A stretch of 63,208 nt of DNA, filler included, from Octopus bimaculoides (Eukaryota), in assembly GCF_001194135.2 (NCBI RefSeq). It is 7 parts of 7 records of this genome, joined end to end, with 100 filler letters (N's around TTAATTAATTAA, not from the genome) between each part and the next. Parts side by side here need not be neighbours in the genome. Positions count along the whole stretch, not along the records: positions 60,399 to 63,208 come from NC_068983.1; 6 more parts are not named here. The stretch is one strand, 5' to 3'. A program made the position numbers and the translations under genes. Positions 61,979 to 63,208 of this stretch are shown here, piece after piece (the stretch's first letter is position 1; every line of letters begins with the position of its first letter). The notes under the pieces are model-generated. The model had not been told where the DNA came from, did not search any database, and was given only the letters and a program-made list of their open reading frames with translations.

Positions 61979-62416
61979 ATAATATNNNNNNNNNNNNNNN
62001 NNNNNNNNNNNNNNNNNNNNNNNNNNNNNNNNNNNNNNNNNNNNNNNNNNNNNNNNNNNNNNNNNNNNNNNNNNNNNNNNNNNNNNNNNNNNNNNNNNNN
62101 NNNNNNNNNNNNNNNNNNNNNNNNNNNNNNNNNNNNNNNNNNNNNNNNNNNNNNNNNNNNNNNNNNNNNNNNNNNNNNNNNNNNNNNNNNNNNNNNNNNN
62201 NNNNNNNNNNNNNNNNNNNNNNNNNNNNNNNNNNNNNNNNNNNNNNNNNNNNNNNNNNNNNNNNNNNNNNNNNNNNNNNNNNNNNNNNNNNNNNNNNNNN
62301 NNNNNNNNNNNNNNNNNNNNNNNNNNNNNNNNNNNNNNNNNNNNNNNNNNNNNNNNNNNNNNNNNNNNNNNNNNNNNNNNNNNNNNNNNNNNNNNNNNNN
62401 NNNNNNNNNNNNNNNN

Positions 62417-62504
62417 CACTTGCACGTTAATTTCACGAGCAGGCTGTTCCGTTGATCGGATCAACTGGAACCCTCGACGTCGTAAGCGACGGAGTGCCAA
62501 CAAC
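62417..62504 (+). mobile_element. Family-A SINE 3' end emerging from gap
   Basis: CACTTGCACGTTAATTTCACGAGCAGGCTGTTCCGTTGATCGG...GGAGTGCCAACAAC. Confidence 0.92.
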
Positions 62505-62505
62505 T

Positions 62506-63050
62506 CTCAGGCAATAATCATTTTCTCTAATGAGTTTGTATATATATATATATATATGTTTGTATAGATGTGTGTGATTGTAATAATATCTGTAACACAA
62601 CAGATAGAATATGGATGATAAATCAAATTAATACACTTCTGAATGTTATCGAGTGTTTGTATTTTGAGATGTGACATCGCTAATTACTGAAAGAACGTTG
62701 GTTAGTTCATGTTTAGTTACTGAAAGAACACTGTGTAAAAATTTCTTAATATCAATAAATTAAGGACATGTATAAACTGTTAAATTAAGATCTGTGTTTA
62801 TAATATATCTTTCAACTGCAGTCGTTTTATATTTTTCATACACTCAGGCAATAATTATTTTCTCTAATGAGTGTGTATATGTATATGCTCGTGTAGGTGC
62901 GTGTGATTCTAATAATTATTTTTTACAAAAGAAATAGAATATGGATGGCAAAACAAATTAATACACTTGTCAATGTTATCTAGTGGTTGTCTTTTCAGAT
63001 GCGACATCGATCATCGTTTGTTGCTGAAAAAACGCTGGTTCACACATACA
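62506..63050 (+). repeat. Diverged direct repeat, period about 337 bp
   Basis: CTCAGGCAATAAT.ATTTTCTCTAATGAG...ATAGAATATGGATG...CAAATTAATACACTT...AATGTTATC.AGTG.TTGT.TTTT.AGATG.GACATCG at 62506 and 62843. Segment 62739-62806 also matches 61211-61268. Confidence 0.85.
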
Positions 63051-63158
63051 AGCATTCACATACTTCCTTTGTACACGCATACACACATATTCTCAGAGAG
63101 TCGAAACGTTGTTTGATTTTTCTTTTCAGCGTTGAATGTTCACCATCCCACTTCCATT

Positions 63159-63208
<50 letters not shown>

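Overview
AT-rich, microsatellite-saturated eukaryotic DNA from a gapped short-read assembly. The SINE/MITE repertoire and repeat texture point to an octopod cephalopod (Octopus-like); this is an inference, not a database result. I cannot recognise any intact host protein-coding gene, and almost all ORFs in the track are microsatellite or N-gap artefacts. What the sequence does support: several tRNA-derived SINE families; hAT- and piggyBac-type MITEs; decayed RTE-clade LINE pieces, including one with an inverted endonuclease; two Helitron remnants; a Penelope-like GIY-YIG fragment; tRNA-Asp and tRNA-His pseudogenes; and six artificial TTAATTAATTAA join markers. The best leads are: (1) a tRNA-headed element carrying a minimal hammerhead-ribozyme-like motif and a tandem B-box array (13064-13739); (2) a 710-bp TIR element with AT target duplication carrying a decayed SAP+SWIM gene, nested in a Helitron remnant, whose empty site is visible in a nearby paralogous repeat (61269-61978); (3) a textbook recursive-splice-site-like junction (polypyrimidine-CAG|GTAAGT, 11063-11110) inside a CpG-depleted block that looks like a methylated gene body. 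All family and motif assignments were made by eye from recalled consensus motifs; no searches were run.
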